Below are positions 41,761 through 55,483 of a stretch of 64,000 bases of DNA, piece after piece. Positions within the stretch are counted from its first letter, which is position 1. Every line of letters starts with the position of its first letter. Both the position numbers and the translations under genes were made by a program. The DNA lies in contig OX597820.1 of assembly GCA_951406725.2 (NCBI GenBank), positions 8,556,001 to 8,620,000 on the forward strand, read 5' to 3'. The notes below the pieces were generated by a model, which worked only from the letters and a program-made list of their open reading frames with translations, had not been told where the DNA came from and did not search any database. The DNA is from Octopus vulgaris. Lineage: Eukaryota.

Positions 41761-42689
41761 TATTTTAATCACGTTTTAATTTGATAAAGTATTCAGGAGA
41801 AATAACTCGCAGGTAATAGCATTTATTTTCTAGAGTTACTTCCCATGGACTGTTGGTAAAGTCTATATAAAATTTTTATATCAATTTGCATTTTTTCCTA
41901 AATAAGTATTTCAAAACAAAACAAAACAAAATAACCGGAAGCCTTATATGCAAAGTGAAACATATACATGCTTTGATGCACTGAACATTTCGAGAAAATA
42001 CGCTGAAATTGGAGCGCATCTGATACGTCGGTGAATCCTTTTACCATCAAATATAGCGTATATATTATGCTAAATTCAATCTCCTGCAACGAAGTGGTCC
42101 TTAAGTGATGTGTAGGGGGCAGTAACGGGCAGAACCCAGTTTTTTTGTTTGTCTGGGGTGGGGGGTGCTTTGTTTTTTTTTGTTGTTTTTTTTGTTTTTT
42201 TGTTTTTTAAGTTTCAGTAGAGGTCCCTTTATATTTCTAATTCCTTTGGGTAAGCAGTTGAATACATGAGGACCTCTGAATATTAAACTGGTACGGTAGA
42301 GCTTTTTTGCTCGTGAATTTGAAGATGGTATCTCTGGAAACTGGCAGTACCTACCAGCTCGAGCATTGGAATGCGCTTTAATCCCGATGTTTGGAACTTG
42401 CCCCTCCAGGATCTTCCATACCTATATAATAGTCTATTTCTCTCTTCGGTGTTCAAGAGAGTAGAGACGCAAAGCTTTCAGGCGTTCCCAGTAATTAAGA
42501 CCATTAACCGAAGTCATTTCACTGGTGAATATTCTTTGTAACCCTTCAATTTCTGCTATGAGACCGGGTGAATTTGGAGACCAAAGCTGTGAGCAGTAAC
42601 CTAATCTGCTGAGAACTAAGGTTTTCCATAGAGTTAGCATAACTACCGGCTCCCTTGTCGTGAAGGTTCGTAGGGTCCATCTTATGAGA

Positions 42690-43135
42690 TAAATAATAAT
42701 ATGATAATGAAATTATTGTATACAGTGCTCAGGTGCACCACAACTTGTCAGAAAGTGCGTATAGAGTATATGCAGTAATGTACAAATGTCTGGGAAGTGA
42801 ACAGTGTATGAGTTAGATACATGCTTGTGTGTGTATGGAGGGGAGAAAATCAGGTGTAGTGTTGGCGAATCTCAGGAAGCATGGAAATTTTGAAGTGCAG
42901 TGCTCCGACAACTAACAACTGATGCCAGCAGTTTGTTCCATGCTTCAGCAACTCTTAGCGTGAAAAAATGTTTCCTGAAGTCATGGGAGCTGTGCTGTTT
43001 TCTGACTTTGTAAATATGTCCACGGGTGTTAGATGGGTGGAGTTTGAAAAGGTGCTCAGAGTTATTGTTTGTAAGATGGTTGATAATTTTATGGGTGTTT
43101 GCCAAGTCAGCTGCCAGACGTCGGAGTTTCAATGT
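42690..43135 (-). mobile_element. Second CR1-clade LINE 3' end nested in the larger CR1
   Basis: TRGHIYKVRKQ...RKHFFTLRVAEAWNKL, followed by UTR and (ATT)-rich tail. Confidence 0.8.
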
Positions 43136-43526
43136 GATATCCTGAGAAAGATGCTGCATTTAGAGGTCAGTTTGTTGGTGTGACTGATAAAAGATGCATC
43201 ATTTGACATGGTTGTTCCTAAAGCCTGTATATCGTCAGTGCTCTGGTTCATTGTATTATCTGGGGCCGGATATTGGGATTTGTGTCAGTTGCCTCCATAA
43301 TGAAGGGCCTGAAATTTTGATGTATCAAATTTCATATTTTTATCTGTCCATTGATAAATGGTGTTTAGGTCATTTTGGAGTGTGATGGCATCTTCTGGAG
43401 TCTGGATGGCCATTGATATTTTTGTGTCGTCGGCGTAACTCACTAGGTTGGACGACTGCACTTGTGAGCTTATGCCTGATAGGGTCAAGGTAAATAATAA
43501 TGGTCCCAGAACCGTACATTGAGGTA

Positions 43527-43945
43527 TACCTATTTCTTTACTACCCACAAGGGGCTAAACACAGAGGGAACAAACAAGGACAGACAAACGGATTAAGTCG
43601 ATTACATCGACCCCAGTGCGTAACTGGTGCTTATTTAATCGACCCCGAAAGGATGAAAGGCAAAGTCGACCTTGGCGGAATTTGAACTCAGAACGTAGCG
43701 GTAGACGAAATACCTATTTCTTTATTACCCACAAGGGCTAAACACAGAGGGCAAACAAGGACAGACATAGGTATTAAGTCGATTACATCGACCCCAGTGC
43801 GTAACTGGTGCTTAATTTAATCGACCCCGAAAGGATGAAAGGCAAAGTCGACCTCGGCAGAATTTGAACTCAGAACGTAGCGGCAGACGAAATACCGCTA
43901 AGTATTTCGCCCGGCGCGCTAACGTTTCTGCCAGCTCGCCGCCTT
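43527..43945 (-). mobile_element. SINE-A tandem dimer inserted in the CR1 RT at the SGIPQ motif
   Basis: Junction GACGAAA-TACC-TATTTC at 43711; TSD CA(T/C)TGAGGTATACC at 43517-43530 and 43954-43967. Confidence 0.9.
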
Positions 43946-45615
43946 ATATACCACACTGAGGTATACCACTTATTACGGATTACTTTGCTGAGAGATAACC
44001 GTTTTCAGCAGCAGATTGATTCCTATCCCGTAGGAAGTCAAAGAGTCATTCTCCGAGTTTTCCTATGATTCCAAAATTCCTTATCCTATGACAGATGATT
44101 CCATGATCAATCTTGTCAAACGCTTTAGCAAAATCAAGGTATATACAGTCAGTGCCCTTTTCCATTCAGGAAATTATTGAGGACAGTGTTATGGTGTTGT
44201 AATAGTTGTGTCAGGCAACCTCGTCCAGTCCGAAAACCATGCTGTGTATTATCTGAGAGGTTGTTTTCCTCAAGATATGCAGCTATTCTGTTTTGGAAAA
44301 TGTGTTCTACAGTTTTAGATGTGTGAGATGTGAGAGAAACGGGTCTGTAATGTTTAGCTTCAGCCCTGCTACCTCCGTCATGGGTAGGTGTTACTGTTGC
44401 TTCTTTCAATAGTTCTGGAAATATGCCGGTTTCGAGCGACTTTTGAAATGGTTACTGCAATGGCTTGGCGAGCTTGTTTTTACAAGTTTTCAATAGTATG
44501 GCCGGGAGACCATCTGGCCCTGGTGCTGAATTTGAATCTAGGTCTTTAATAGCCGTAACGACGCCTTCCTCCCTAATATCTAGAATCTCTAGATGTGTCT
44601 GTGCAGTTGAATTCTGGGGATCAAAGAATTCCCTTGGATTATGCACTGTGTTGTCAATCATAGGTTGAGAGAAAGCATTGTTGTAGTGTTGACTCAAGGG
44701 TGTCCATATCTGTGACGAATCCTTAGCATCTGATCCATTATGGTCCATTAGTGGGTCGATCTGGTTATGTGTTGAAGATTTTTGTTTAGCAAAGTGGAAA
44801 AAGAGCTTCAAATTATGGGGGGTTTTTTTGTTATATTTTCCACTGTTCGGTGTTCCTTTAGCGAAGTTTCTTTTTCATAATAAATTTTGAGGTCTAGTTC
44901 AATGTTCCTTATTTTCTTATTTTTTCTTTGCAATCTGGTCTGTAGAGATAATTAGGTTCTTCAATTGTTTTGTCCCCTTGTTTCTGTTACGCATTGGTAT
45001 CCGTCTATCTTGTGGAATCAGATTTTTGCGGAAATAGGGATGTTTGTATGGAGCATGCTTTTGATAGATCATGGTTATCTGGTCGTACAGAAACTTTATT
45101 CCTTCGTCAACATTGAGCTGTCAACTCACTCTTATCCTTTATCAAAAATAGACATAGACTTCTAGTCTTAGTTTTAGTAGTTGATAAAGAGATAAATGAA
45201 TTAGAAATTAATTACAACCCTTAAAACCCCATGACCCCACTATTCTCCATGCTATTCGTAGAAGTTGTAGGCTATTCTTAGCTACAATAGCGACAACAGG
45301 AATTTCTTCCATCATCTTGCTCAGTTAAAATATTTAAGAAAAATCATATTAGTGTGTCCTACTTGTTAAAATTCCATTTATTTATTTGTGCAGCTAAAGA
45401 TAACACTGCATTTAAATTAATGTAATGATTGCATTGTTCAATTAAATGGAGCCGCAACGGTCGTACTGCATTACAACTTGATATCCTGCTGCTTATTTTG
45501 ATTTTATTCACCTTACTTCGAGCTGTGCGGATAAAACCGGACTGACTTGGTACTTCAACTTAAATATCTAATTCAACTGAATCTCAGTTTTATTTATATA
45601 TATATATATACATAT

Positions 45616-46448
45616 ATAGGAGAGGAAAAATTATAAGGCAGAATGCTAAATTGAAAGTAAATTTTAATAAAAATGGGTGTATGGAAAATTAAAAAAGAAA
45701 AAATAATAAATCAAAGCGGTTTTCATTGTAAGGCAAATTTTCAAGATTTGGAAGAGGAAAAGAATTTTGTTTTTAAATTGAGGAAGGGGAGAAAAGAAAT
45801 TTACAATGTTTTTTCGTTTTTTCAAAAAAATAACAATAAACATATACAAAAATTAATAAATAAGTATACCAATACATTGTAGCGTCTTTATGATTTTAGA
45901 GTTCAATAATAGTCCTTGGAAAATATTCCAAATTTTTAATATACATATATATTCAAAATTTATAAGCATCCTGTTTGACAAAAAATCCATCATTCCAATT
46001 AAAGAGTATAAAATCCACAGAATTGTCTCCCCTTACTCACAGGATCTGGATAACTCCCACCCTATTTCCTGTTTTGACACACATTCACCCAACCCTTTAA
46101 ACTAAACACTACATTTAAGCACATGCATCCTAATCCTCCAAAGAAATTTTTCCAGGGACTATTATTGAACTCTAAAAGCATAAAGACCCTACAATGGATT
46201 GGTATACTTATTTATTAATTTTTGTATATATGTATTATTATTTTTTTGAAAAAACATTGTAAATTTCTTTTCTCCCCTTCCTCAATTTAAAAAAAAAAAT
46301 TCTTTTCCTCTTCCAAATCTTGAAAATTTGCCTTACAATGAAAACCGCTTTGATTTATTATTTTTTCTTTTTTAATTTTCCATACATCCGTTTTTATTAA
46401 GATTTACTTTCAATTTAGCATTCTGCCTTATAATTTTTCCTCTCCTAT
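45616..46448. mobile_element. Foldback element: ~310-bp near-perfect inverted arms (45616-45928 and 46143-46448)
   Basis: ATAGGAGAGGAAAAATTATAAGGCAGAATGC... pairs with ...GCATTCTGCCTTATAATTTTTCCTCTCCTAT; ~215-bp spacer; (TA)n nearby on both sides. Confidence 0.9.
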
Positions 46449-46490
46449 CATTTTTCCACGTGCGGTTAACACAACCCCACCATTTACTGA

Positions 46491-46564
<74 letters not shown>

Positions 46565-46652
46565 AGGATAAAGTAAAAACACGGTCAGGTTTTCACTTTT
46601 TTATTGTAGTATTTTAACATTAAAAAAATATTTTGCAATGTTCATAAAGTTC

Positions 46653-47000
46653 AATTAGCGCTTTCATACGTCCGTAGTAATCATCAGATTTCAAAATATA
46701 TTTAACTGACAGTTGAGTTCTTGACAACTGTAGTATCTCTTACAACGCTCCAACAAACTGAATTTATGGAATATGGTTTTGACCAATCTGCATGCAACTT
46801 AAACAGCACGGTTTGCCAGGCGTACCGATATTCTGTAATTTGTTTATATTCATATGTTACAGATATTTTTTTAATCCACATCATTAACTGGTTGTCATAT
46901 TATTTTTAAATGTCTTTCCATTCAGAACAGGTTTTAACATTTTAATAAACCATTTTTATTTCAACTTTCTTTCAATCTCACTTGTGTCGTGTAGTTTGTG
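46653..47000 (-). mobile_element. Penelope-like 3' end: GIY-YIG C-terminus followed by a hammerhead-like motif (46653-46690)
   Basis: Minus strand EIERKLK*KWFIKMLKPVLN; then AAT-CTGATGA-TTAC...GTAT-GAAA-GCGC-TA-ATT. Confidence 0.55.
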
Positions 47001-47058
47001 GAAAGGAAAAATTAGAAACATTTTCTGACCACATGTTTCTGTATTATTCTATACACAC

Positions 47059-47126
<68 letters not shown>

Positions 47127-47214
47127 CATACCACACACACATACACACACATACATACATACATACATACATACATACATACATACAAGCCTGCATGCTC
47201 ACATACTTAAATGG

Positions 47215-47276
<62 letters not shown>

Positions 47277-47311
47277 GTGTGTATGTATGTATGTATGTAT
47301 GTATGTATGTA

Positions 47312-48665
47312 TGTACTGACGGAATCTTAACTTTATTGACATCAATCCGTTTAGGTAACTTGTCATTATTTGCTCTAACCTTAGGCTTGACAACAAAATT
47401 CACCTTGGCACGAAAAAGCTTATGATCCGTCCAGTACTCTGCACCACGCATTACTCATACAATAGCAAAGTCCCTAGTATCTCGTTTCCTGGTAAGGATA
47501 TAACCTATAAGATGCCATTTCTTAGAACCAGGGTGCATCCATGTCGTTTTATACTTATTCTTTAGTCGAAACATTGTATTCATGGCACACAAATCCATTT
47601 CTACGCACGTTTGTAACGGTTGCAAGCCATTACTGTTGCAAGTCCCAACCCCGTGCTTTCCTAGGACACCCCAACTCTCCCAATCTGCACCAACACACGC
47701 ATTAAAATCAACCAAAATGACAACTTAGTCATCATGGGGGATATTGCGTATAATCTCTGTAAGTGATAGATAGAAGGCAAGTTTATCATCCTCCGATGAA
47801 TTCATAGTTGGAGCATAATGCACTCATGAGCGTTGCATAGCAACCTTTTCTTAATGGAAGTCTTAAAGACATTAAACGATCCGAATGACCACTTGGTAGT
47901 TCCTCAAGTTTTTAAGCCAGATTGGTTTTGATAGCAAATCCCACTCCTGATTCTCTCTTATAGGTCTCCACTCTACTGTTCCAAAATAAATGATACCCAG
48001 CAGATTTCTCTACGAAATTCTCCTTTCCATGAATTCTTGTTTCGGATAACGCTACAACTTCCACATCATATCGCTGTAACTCTTTTGAAACAAGCGCGGA
48101 TCTTCTCTCCGGACGAGATTTCAGACAATCATTGTCTCATAACGTTCGAACATTCCAACATCTTATATTCATAGGCTTGCATCTTAACTTAAATTTACTC
48201 ACAGTCGCAGGATGACGACCGGATCTAGGCTGTGGTGTCCTGGGACACCTGCCGGACCAGACCACAGAACAAAATGTTCCAGAGTCCTTTTTGCCATTTG
48301 CTTCATTATCAGTATGAACTCTCATTGTTTACATGTGCCTTTTTAAGCTTCGGCCAGTCATTTACATACAATATGTCCATTTCTTATTCCTTGCTTGACA
48401 CTTTTTAAAGTGAGGAAAACTTTTGCACAGCAAGCATTCCCATTCTCTAAACTACAAAGCACGATCCAAAAGGAAGACCAAGTCGACATCATCGGGTGCA
48501 TTTACAGTCGCAGGTTTTATATCAGATTGTGTCCTTCTCCCAGTCTTTGCCCAACCAAAGACTAACTACAAGACAGCAGTGGAGTATTTAAATCCAGAGT
48601 TGCTTTCTCCAAGATAGATTCCTTCGCAATGACTTGGGTAAACAGGGGAGCTCTATCCACCCCTC
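47312..48665 (-). mobile_element. RTE LINE 5' part (5' UTR + APE endonuclease), inverted relative to the 3' part
   Basis: NIRCWNVRTL, ALSETR, GVGFAIK, DFNACVG, GKHGVGTCNSNG, TTWMHPGSKKWHLI, MRGAEYWTDHKL. Confidence 0.9.
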
Positions 48666-48779
48666 AGCTATTTATTTAAAAAAAATAAAATAACAGAAAT
48701 AAATACAAATTAAAAATTGAGATAAAACTGAATAAAATTAAAAATAAGATTGACATACAATACATACAATTTAAAATGA

Positions 48780-50886
48780 CAAATTACCCATTGATGTCAA
48801 TAAACTTAACATTCCGTCAGTACGCAGTGAGTCTGTGAGTGAAATAAATAATTTGTCCTGTGATGGAAGCTGGAAGTCATTCAAGGAAAAAGTGTACGAG
48901 ATCTGTAGTAACATTCTTGGATCTGTTGTAAAAAAAACACCAGGATTGGTTTGACGATGATGATGAAGAAATTGGTCTTATCTTAGAGGAGAAGCGAAAG
49001 GCATTTAACATGTTGCAACATGTTGACATGTCAGCGAACAGGACAGTGGCTACATGTTTCAAGGCAGTAAAAGCAACAGTGCAGAGGAAGCTACGGATGA
49101 TGCAGGAAAATTGGTGGAGTGATTGATGCGATGAAATCCAAATGCTAACAATTCCAAACTTTTTTACTCTCTCTTGAAAAAAAGTTTACGGACCATCTTC
49201 ATTAACGGTTGTGTTGCATCAGAGCAAAGATGGCATAGAATTATTAACAAATCCTAAAGATATTGTTGGGAGAACATTTTGATGAGTTGCTCAATAGACC
49301 CACTGGATAGATTGCTGATGAGGTTCTACCAGAATTGTAATGTGGGTTTTGAGATAGTAGGAGTAATATGGATATGACATTTTCGGCTAGGCAGTTGCAA
49401 GAGAAGTGCATCGAATAGGATATGGACTTATACCAGGTTTTCCTTGACCTAACAAAGGCGTTTGATTCTATCAATAGAATTGCATTTTGGGAAATCCTGA
49501 AAAAGCTAGGATGCCTTGAAAATTTTGTGAGAATGCTAAGACAATTTCATGACAAGTTGGAAGTGAGAGTTAATGTTGAAGGTACCTTATCAGATCCAAT
49601 TTCTGTAGAAAATGGTGTAAAGCAAGGTGATATTCCTGCTCCTACACTCTTTGCAATATATTTTGCAATAGTCTTTCAAATAGCTTTTTAAACATTGCCC
49701 TGAAGGGGTCTATATAAGCTATAGGACAACAGGAAAACTATTCAATCTCAAAAGACTCTGTACCACAACGAAAGTCCTGCATTCTCACCTTGTTGAGTTT
49801 CTCTATGCAGATGATTGTGACCTGATGGCACATTCTCAGAAAGATATGCAGCACATAGTGAATGCAATTTCTGCAGCATGTGCAGCATTGGGTCTAACAA
49901 TCAATCCAAAACAAAACTGTTATAATGTACCAGCCTACTTCCTCCAAGAGGTATGTGGAACCTTTTTATAACTATGAATGGTCAAAGGTTGGAGACTGTA
50001 CCTAGATTTATTTATTTAGGAAGTACCATGAGCACTGCTGGACTTGATGATGAAATTTCATACGGAATCAGCAGGGCTAGTAGTGCTTTTGGTAGGCTTG
50101 ATAGGCGTCTGTGGAAACAACATAATATATCTTCACAAATTAAAGTTAAGGTATATGATACATGCGTCCTCCCATCTTTGTTATATGGAAGTGAGGCATG
50201 GGTTACTTACCGAAAGCAGGGAAAGCAATTGGAACGATTTCATCAATACTGTCTAAGAAAAATTTGGAAAATAACTGGAAAATGGCCATTAGTAATGTGG
50301 AGGTGCTTGAGAGGAGTGGCAGTGGAAGTATAGAGTCAATGATTTTGCAAAGACGTTTGAGGTGGGGGGGGGGGACATTTGGTAAGGATGAGTGATGAGC
50401 GACTGCCCAAGCAGCTATTGTATGGTGAGCTGGAAGATGGCAGGAGACCGGCACATAAGCCTAAACTAAGGTTTACGGATTGCCTTCAAAATGCTGTAAT
50501 ACATACAGGAATTGCAGCTGGTAACTGGGAGAGGGAGGCACAAGAACGTGGTGGATGGAGGAAGATTGTGCATGATGGTTGTTCAAGGTTTGAGAGGGAG
50601 AGTGTGAAGAATGAGAGAATTATGAGGGGGGGAGGCTTAGAAGGGGGGGAGCCTGTGGAAAAGTATGCTTCTTAGTTGGAGGTCTAAAAAGACATGTTAA
50701 GAGTGTGAATATGGTGACACCTGTTTCTCCTGCCAGCCAGCACAGTTGTCTAAGTATGTAATGAAATGTGTAAAAGCTTGGCCGGGCTTAAAAGTCACAT
50801 GAGGGCATCACATGACAACAATAATGAATCAGTACAGGAAGCTTCTTGGCAAAGGCTTTTCTCGTTGTAGGAGGGTGCAGCTGCGA
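48780..50886 (+). mobile_element. RTE LINE 3' part (RT + C-terminus), decayed with internal deletions
   Basis: ARQLQEKC, FLDLTKAFDSINR, GVKQGDIPAPTLF, LYADD, FIYLGS, SLLYGSEAW, RLPKQLLYGEL..G.RPAHKPKLRF; zinc-finger remnants. Confidence 0.92.
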
Positions 50887-51248
50887 TGTGTGTATCTATT
50901 ATGTCTCTATAGAAAGCATTGAAAGTGAAAAGAGAAAGTTCAGTTAGAGGAAGACGGACACGTTGTCTATTGTTCTCTGAGTGGAGTTTAAGAACTGGAG
51001 TTGAGAGCGGCTGCCAATCCTTGTTTGAGGACTATTAAGTCTACATCCAAGCGAGGAGTGATTTTTTTTAGCACACACGCATACGCACGTGCATGTGTAC
51101 TTACAGTCAATGTTCTACATACATTTATATATACATACGTGTGTGTATGTATATATATATATATATATATAATTCATAAATGAGGGCAAAGGAAAAAAAT
51201 TCTAATGCCAAATATGCCGATATTTTTTTTCGAAAAGAATTTTATCCT

Positions 51249-51316
<68 letters not shown>

Positions 51317-51319
<3 letters not shown>

Positions 51320-51505
51320 TCGCCATGATAGGTCGTTGGCCAATATACACATTTTTTCTCTCCTTGTTTTTTTCTGTGTCCCTTTCTGTAGAAGAGCGTA
51401 GGCCCGAAACGTAAAAGACTTTTCTATTCCTGAGCGTTATACTAATACATCTGTTTATTTTGTATACCACCTGTCTTCGTCTTTTGTTTCTTTCGTAAAC
51501 TTCCC

Positions 51506-51506
<1 letters not shown>
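51317..51506 (+). mobile_element. Short (TA)n-embedded repeat with degenerate hammerhead-like motif (copy 2)
   Basis: Homologous to 14932-15090 and 57678-57880. Confidence 0.75.
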
Positions 51507-51576
<70 letters not shown>

Positions 51577-51724
51577 CTCATGAGCTGTGGCCATGCTGGG
51601 GCACCGCCATTTATATATATATATATATATTAAATTAAATACTTTACTTCTTTAAATTCTTTAAAAATGTTTCAGCTTCAAAGCTGCGGTCATGCTGGAG
51701 CACCACCCATGACTGAGCTACACC

Positions 51725-52230
51725 ATTATTTGGAACCTCCTCTGATAGGTGGCATTTGGTCAATGAGGAAGTTTGATGCCTCTGCCCTCATCTATGTTTC
51801 CTGCCGTGGGGTAGGCTCGTCTGGAACCCTTGATAGGAAGAGATCTAGCTTTGTTTTAAAGACACATCCACACCACGCAGGTCTCTCACGATTTTGGAAG
51901 GATATTAAAGAGCTGTGATTCCTAAAACCCAAAGCTGTTGCAGTATCTGGTCCTGTATTTTGATGGTGATGCTGGGATCTTTGACACTATGCAGTGGAGC
52001 GCCGTTTTGCAGTTTGTGTACCTTTCAATGCCAAAGTTTGGTACAAGGCCTTCAAGGATTTTCCAGATGTATATCACTGCATATCTTTCCCGCTTTCGTT
52101 CTAGGGAGAAGAGTTTTAATTCTTTCACTCTTTCCCAGTAGCTGATACGTTACATTGAGACGATTGTCTTAGTGTAGCTTCGCTGGATTGCTTCGAGTTC
52201 CGCTGTGGATTTTTTATATTGTGGTGATGA
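51725..52230 (-). mobile_element. CR1-clade LINE 3' fragment
   Basis: ELKLFSLERKRERYAVIYIWKILEGLVPNFG. Confidence 0.8.
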
Positions 52231-52246
52231 CAAATATATATATATT

Positions 52247-52425
52247 CTTTTATTCTTTTACATGTTTCAGTCATTTGAATGCGGTCATGTTGGAGCACCG
52301 CCTTTATTCGAAAAAAATCTATCCCAGAACCTATTCTTTGTAAGCCTAATACTTATTCTATCGGTCGCTTTGTGGAAACGCTAGATTACGGGGACGTAAA
52401 CACACCAACACCGGTTTCAAGCACA
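52247..52425 (-). mobile_element. SINE-B 3' half
   Basis: gtttcagtcatttg...ggagcaccgccttt...ggggacgtaaacacacca. Confidence 0.75.
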
Positions 52426-52443
52426 CACACACACACGAATATG

Positions 52444-52503
<60 letters not shown>

Positions 52504-52791
52504 AAATATTTTATAATTATATACAAAATTATAACAAGAGGTCGGCTTTATGCCACCACGCACCGTAAGAAATAGACGCTAAAGTCTTTTTTTACTCACC
52601 TTAAAATCTCCGAGAATAACACACTTTATTGTAGGCAAGCAAAAGAAAAATAATGAAATCATATAAAACAATGAAGCATATAAATTCACAAGTATTTCAT
52701 ATAAGTTCGCGAGTATTTTTACGGGTGGGGATAGATATCGGACATACGAGGACGCTGATCGCAGGAATATTTTGAAGCACTTGTGAATTTA

Positions 52792-52852
52792 TATGCTGAA
52801 GAGGAACCATAAGTAGAATTATTTTTTACTTTAAGTTCGAAACGCGTCCATA
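52792..52852 (+). ncRNA. Type I hammerhead ribozyme motif
   Basis: TATG-CTGAAGA-G-GAAC..AAGTAGAA/TTTTACTT..GTTC-GAAAC-GC-GTC-CATA: stem I TATG/CATA, palindromic ACGCGT, GUC cleavage triplet. Confidence 0.72.
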
Positions 52853-52880
52853 GTCGGCAGGTCTTGTTGATTCATTATTT

Positions 52881-54297
52881 GTATGTATGTATGTATGTGT
52901 GTATGTATGTGTGTATGTATGTGTGTATGTATGTATGTATGTATGTATGTATATGTATGTGTGTATATGTGTGTGTGTATGTATGTATGTATGTATGTAT
53001 GTATGTATGTATGTATGTATGTATGTATGTATGTATGTATGTGTGTATGTATGTATGTATGTATGTATGTATGTATGTATGTATGTATGTATGTATATGT
53101 ATGTGTATGTATGTATGTATGTGTGTGTATGTATGTATGTATGTATGTATGTATGTATGTATGTATGTATGTGTGTATGCATGTATGTGTGTATGTATGT
53201 ATGTGTGTGTGTATGTATGTATGTATGTATGTATGTATGTATGTATATGTATGTGTGTATATGTGTGTGTGTATGTATGTATGTATGTATGTATGTATGT
53301 ATGTATGTATGTATGTATGTATGTGTGTGTATGTATGTGTGTGTGTATGTATGTATGTATGTGTGTGTATGTATGTATGTATGTATGTGTGTGTGTATGT
53401 ATGTATGTATGTATGTATGTGTGTGTATGTATGTATGTATGTATGTGTGTGTATGTATGTATGTATGTATGTATGTATGTATGTATGTGTGTATGTATGT
53501 ATGTATGTATGTATGTATGTATGTATGTATGTATGTATGTATGTATGTATGTATGTGTGTGTATGTATGTATGTATGTATGTGTGTATGTATGTATGTAT
53601 GTATGTATGTATGTATGTATGTATGTGTGTATGTATGTGTGTGTATGTATGTATGTATATGTGTATGTATGTATGTGTGTGTATGTATGTATGTGTGTGT
53701 ATGTATGTATGTATGTATGTATGTATGTGTGTATGTATGTATGTATGTATGTATGTATGTATGTATGTATGTATGTATGTATGTATGTATGTATGTATGT
53801 ATGTATGTATGTATGTATGTATGTATGTGTGTGTATGTATGTATGTGTATGTATGTATGTATGTATATGTATGTATGTATGTATGTGTGTGTATGTATGT
53901 ATGTATGTATGTATGTATGTATGTATGTGTGTGTATGTATGTATGTATGTATGTATGTATGTATGTATGTATGTATGTATGTATGTATGTATGTATGTAT
54001 GTATGTATGTGTATGTATGTATGTATGTATGTATATGTGTATGTATGTATGTATGTATGTATGTATGTGTGTGTATGTATGTATGTATGTATGTATGTAT
54101 GTATGTATGTGTGTGTATGTATGTATGTGTGTGTGTGTATGTATGTATGTGTGTGTGTATGTATGTATGTATGTATGTATGTATGTATGTATGTATGTAT
54201 GTATGTATGTATGTATGTATGTGTATGTGTGTATGTATGTATGTATGTATGTATGTGTGTATGTATGTATGTATGTATGTGTATGTATGTATGTATG

Positions 54298-54329
<32 letters not shown>

Positions 54330-54627
54330 TGTATGTATGTATGTATGTATGTATGTGTGTGTATGTATGTATGTATGTATGTGTGTGTGTATGTATGTAT
54401 GTGTGTGTGTGTATGTATATGTGTATGTATGTATGTATGTATGTATATGTGTATGTATGTATGTATGTATGCATGTGTGTGTATGTATGTATGTATGTGT
54501 GTATGTATGTATGTGTGTATGTGTGTATGTATGTATGTATGTATGTATGTATGTATGTATGTATGTATGTATATATGTATGTATGTGTGTATGTATGTAT
54601 GTATGTATGTATGTGTGTGTATGTATG

Positions 54628-54661
<34 letters not shown>

Positions 54662-54691
54662 TGTGTATGTGTATGTATGTATGTATGTATG

Positions 54692-54700
<9 letters not shown>
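52881..54700 (+). repeat. ~1.8-kb (TATG)n array with TG insertions, continuing as TA-rich repeat to ~54870
   Basis: Direct reading of the sequence. Confidence 0.97.
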
Positions 54701-54743
<43 letters not shown>

Positions 54744-55191
54744 AATGTATATTTATGTGTATATATACATATATATGTATGTATATATGCATATATACGT
54801 ACATTTGTATATATATGTATACAAACGTTTACTTGATATATATACATACATATATATGTATGTCTGTATATATACAGCCTCAGGATCCCTATAAATGGTC
54901 ATATAGACTACTTTCTCTCTTCGCTAAAACAGAAAAACCTGTAGAGGGAGATCATTTGAAGATATATATTTCTACCAAAAATAAAGGGATCGCTGTGAAA
55001 TATTAAAAGACAGAGAATTAGAGGAATTTAGGGCGAGAAATTCTGTGAGAATGGAATCCTGAAATGTTAACGATGTCTCGTAGTTGGTCGAATTATGCTG
55101 GAACACTAACAGAAACTAGAATTTCCTGGCTGCATTTTGTAAGTGACAAGAATTTGGCGTTTCTGTGGGTTAGAGTAAATAAAATGTCAAA

Positions 55192-55483
<292 letters not shown>

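Larger units (their letters stand above)
42225..45080 (-). mobile_element. CR1-clade LINE ORF2 remnant with nested insertions
   Basis: SAPGPDG, YRPVSLTS, QHGFRTGRGC, DFAKAFDKIDH, GIPQCTVLGP, YADDT, LGYCSQLWSP, YWERLKAL.LYSLE; interrupted by a second CR1 3' end and a SINE-A dimer. Confidence 0.9.

Noticed and set aside
48540-48670. HDV-like ribozyme in the RTE 5' UTR
   Set aside because: Expected for some RTE elements, but no nested double pseudoknot could be assigned by eye
52826-55006. Five overlapping 620-710-aa ORFs
   Set aside because: Same artefact from the (TATG)n array
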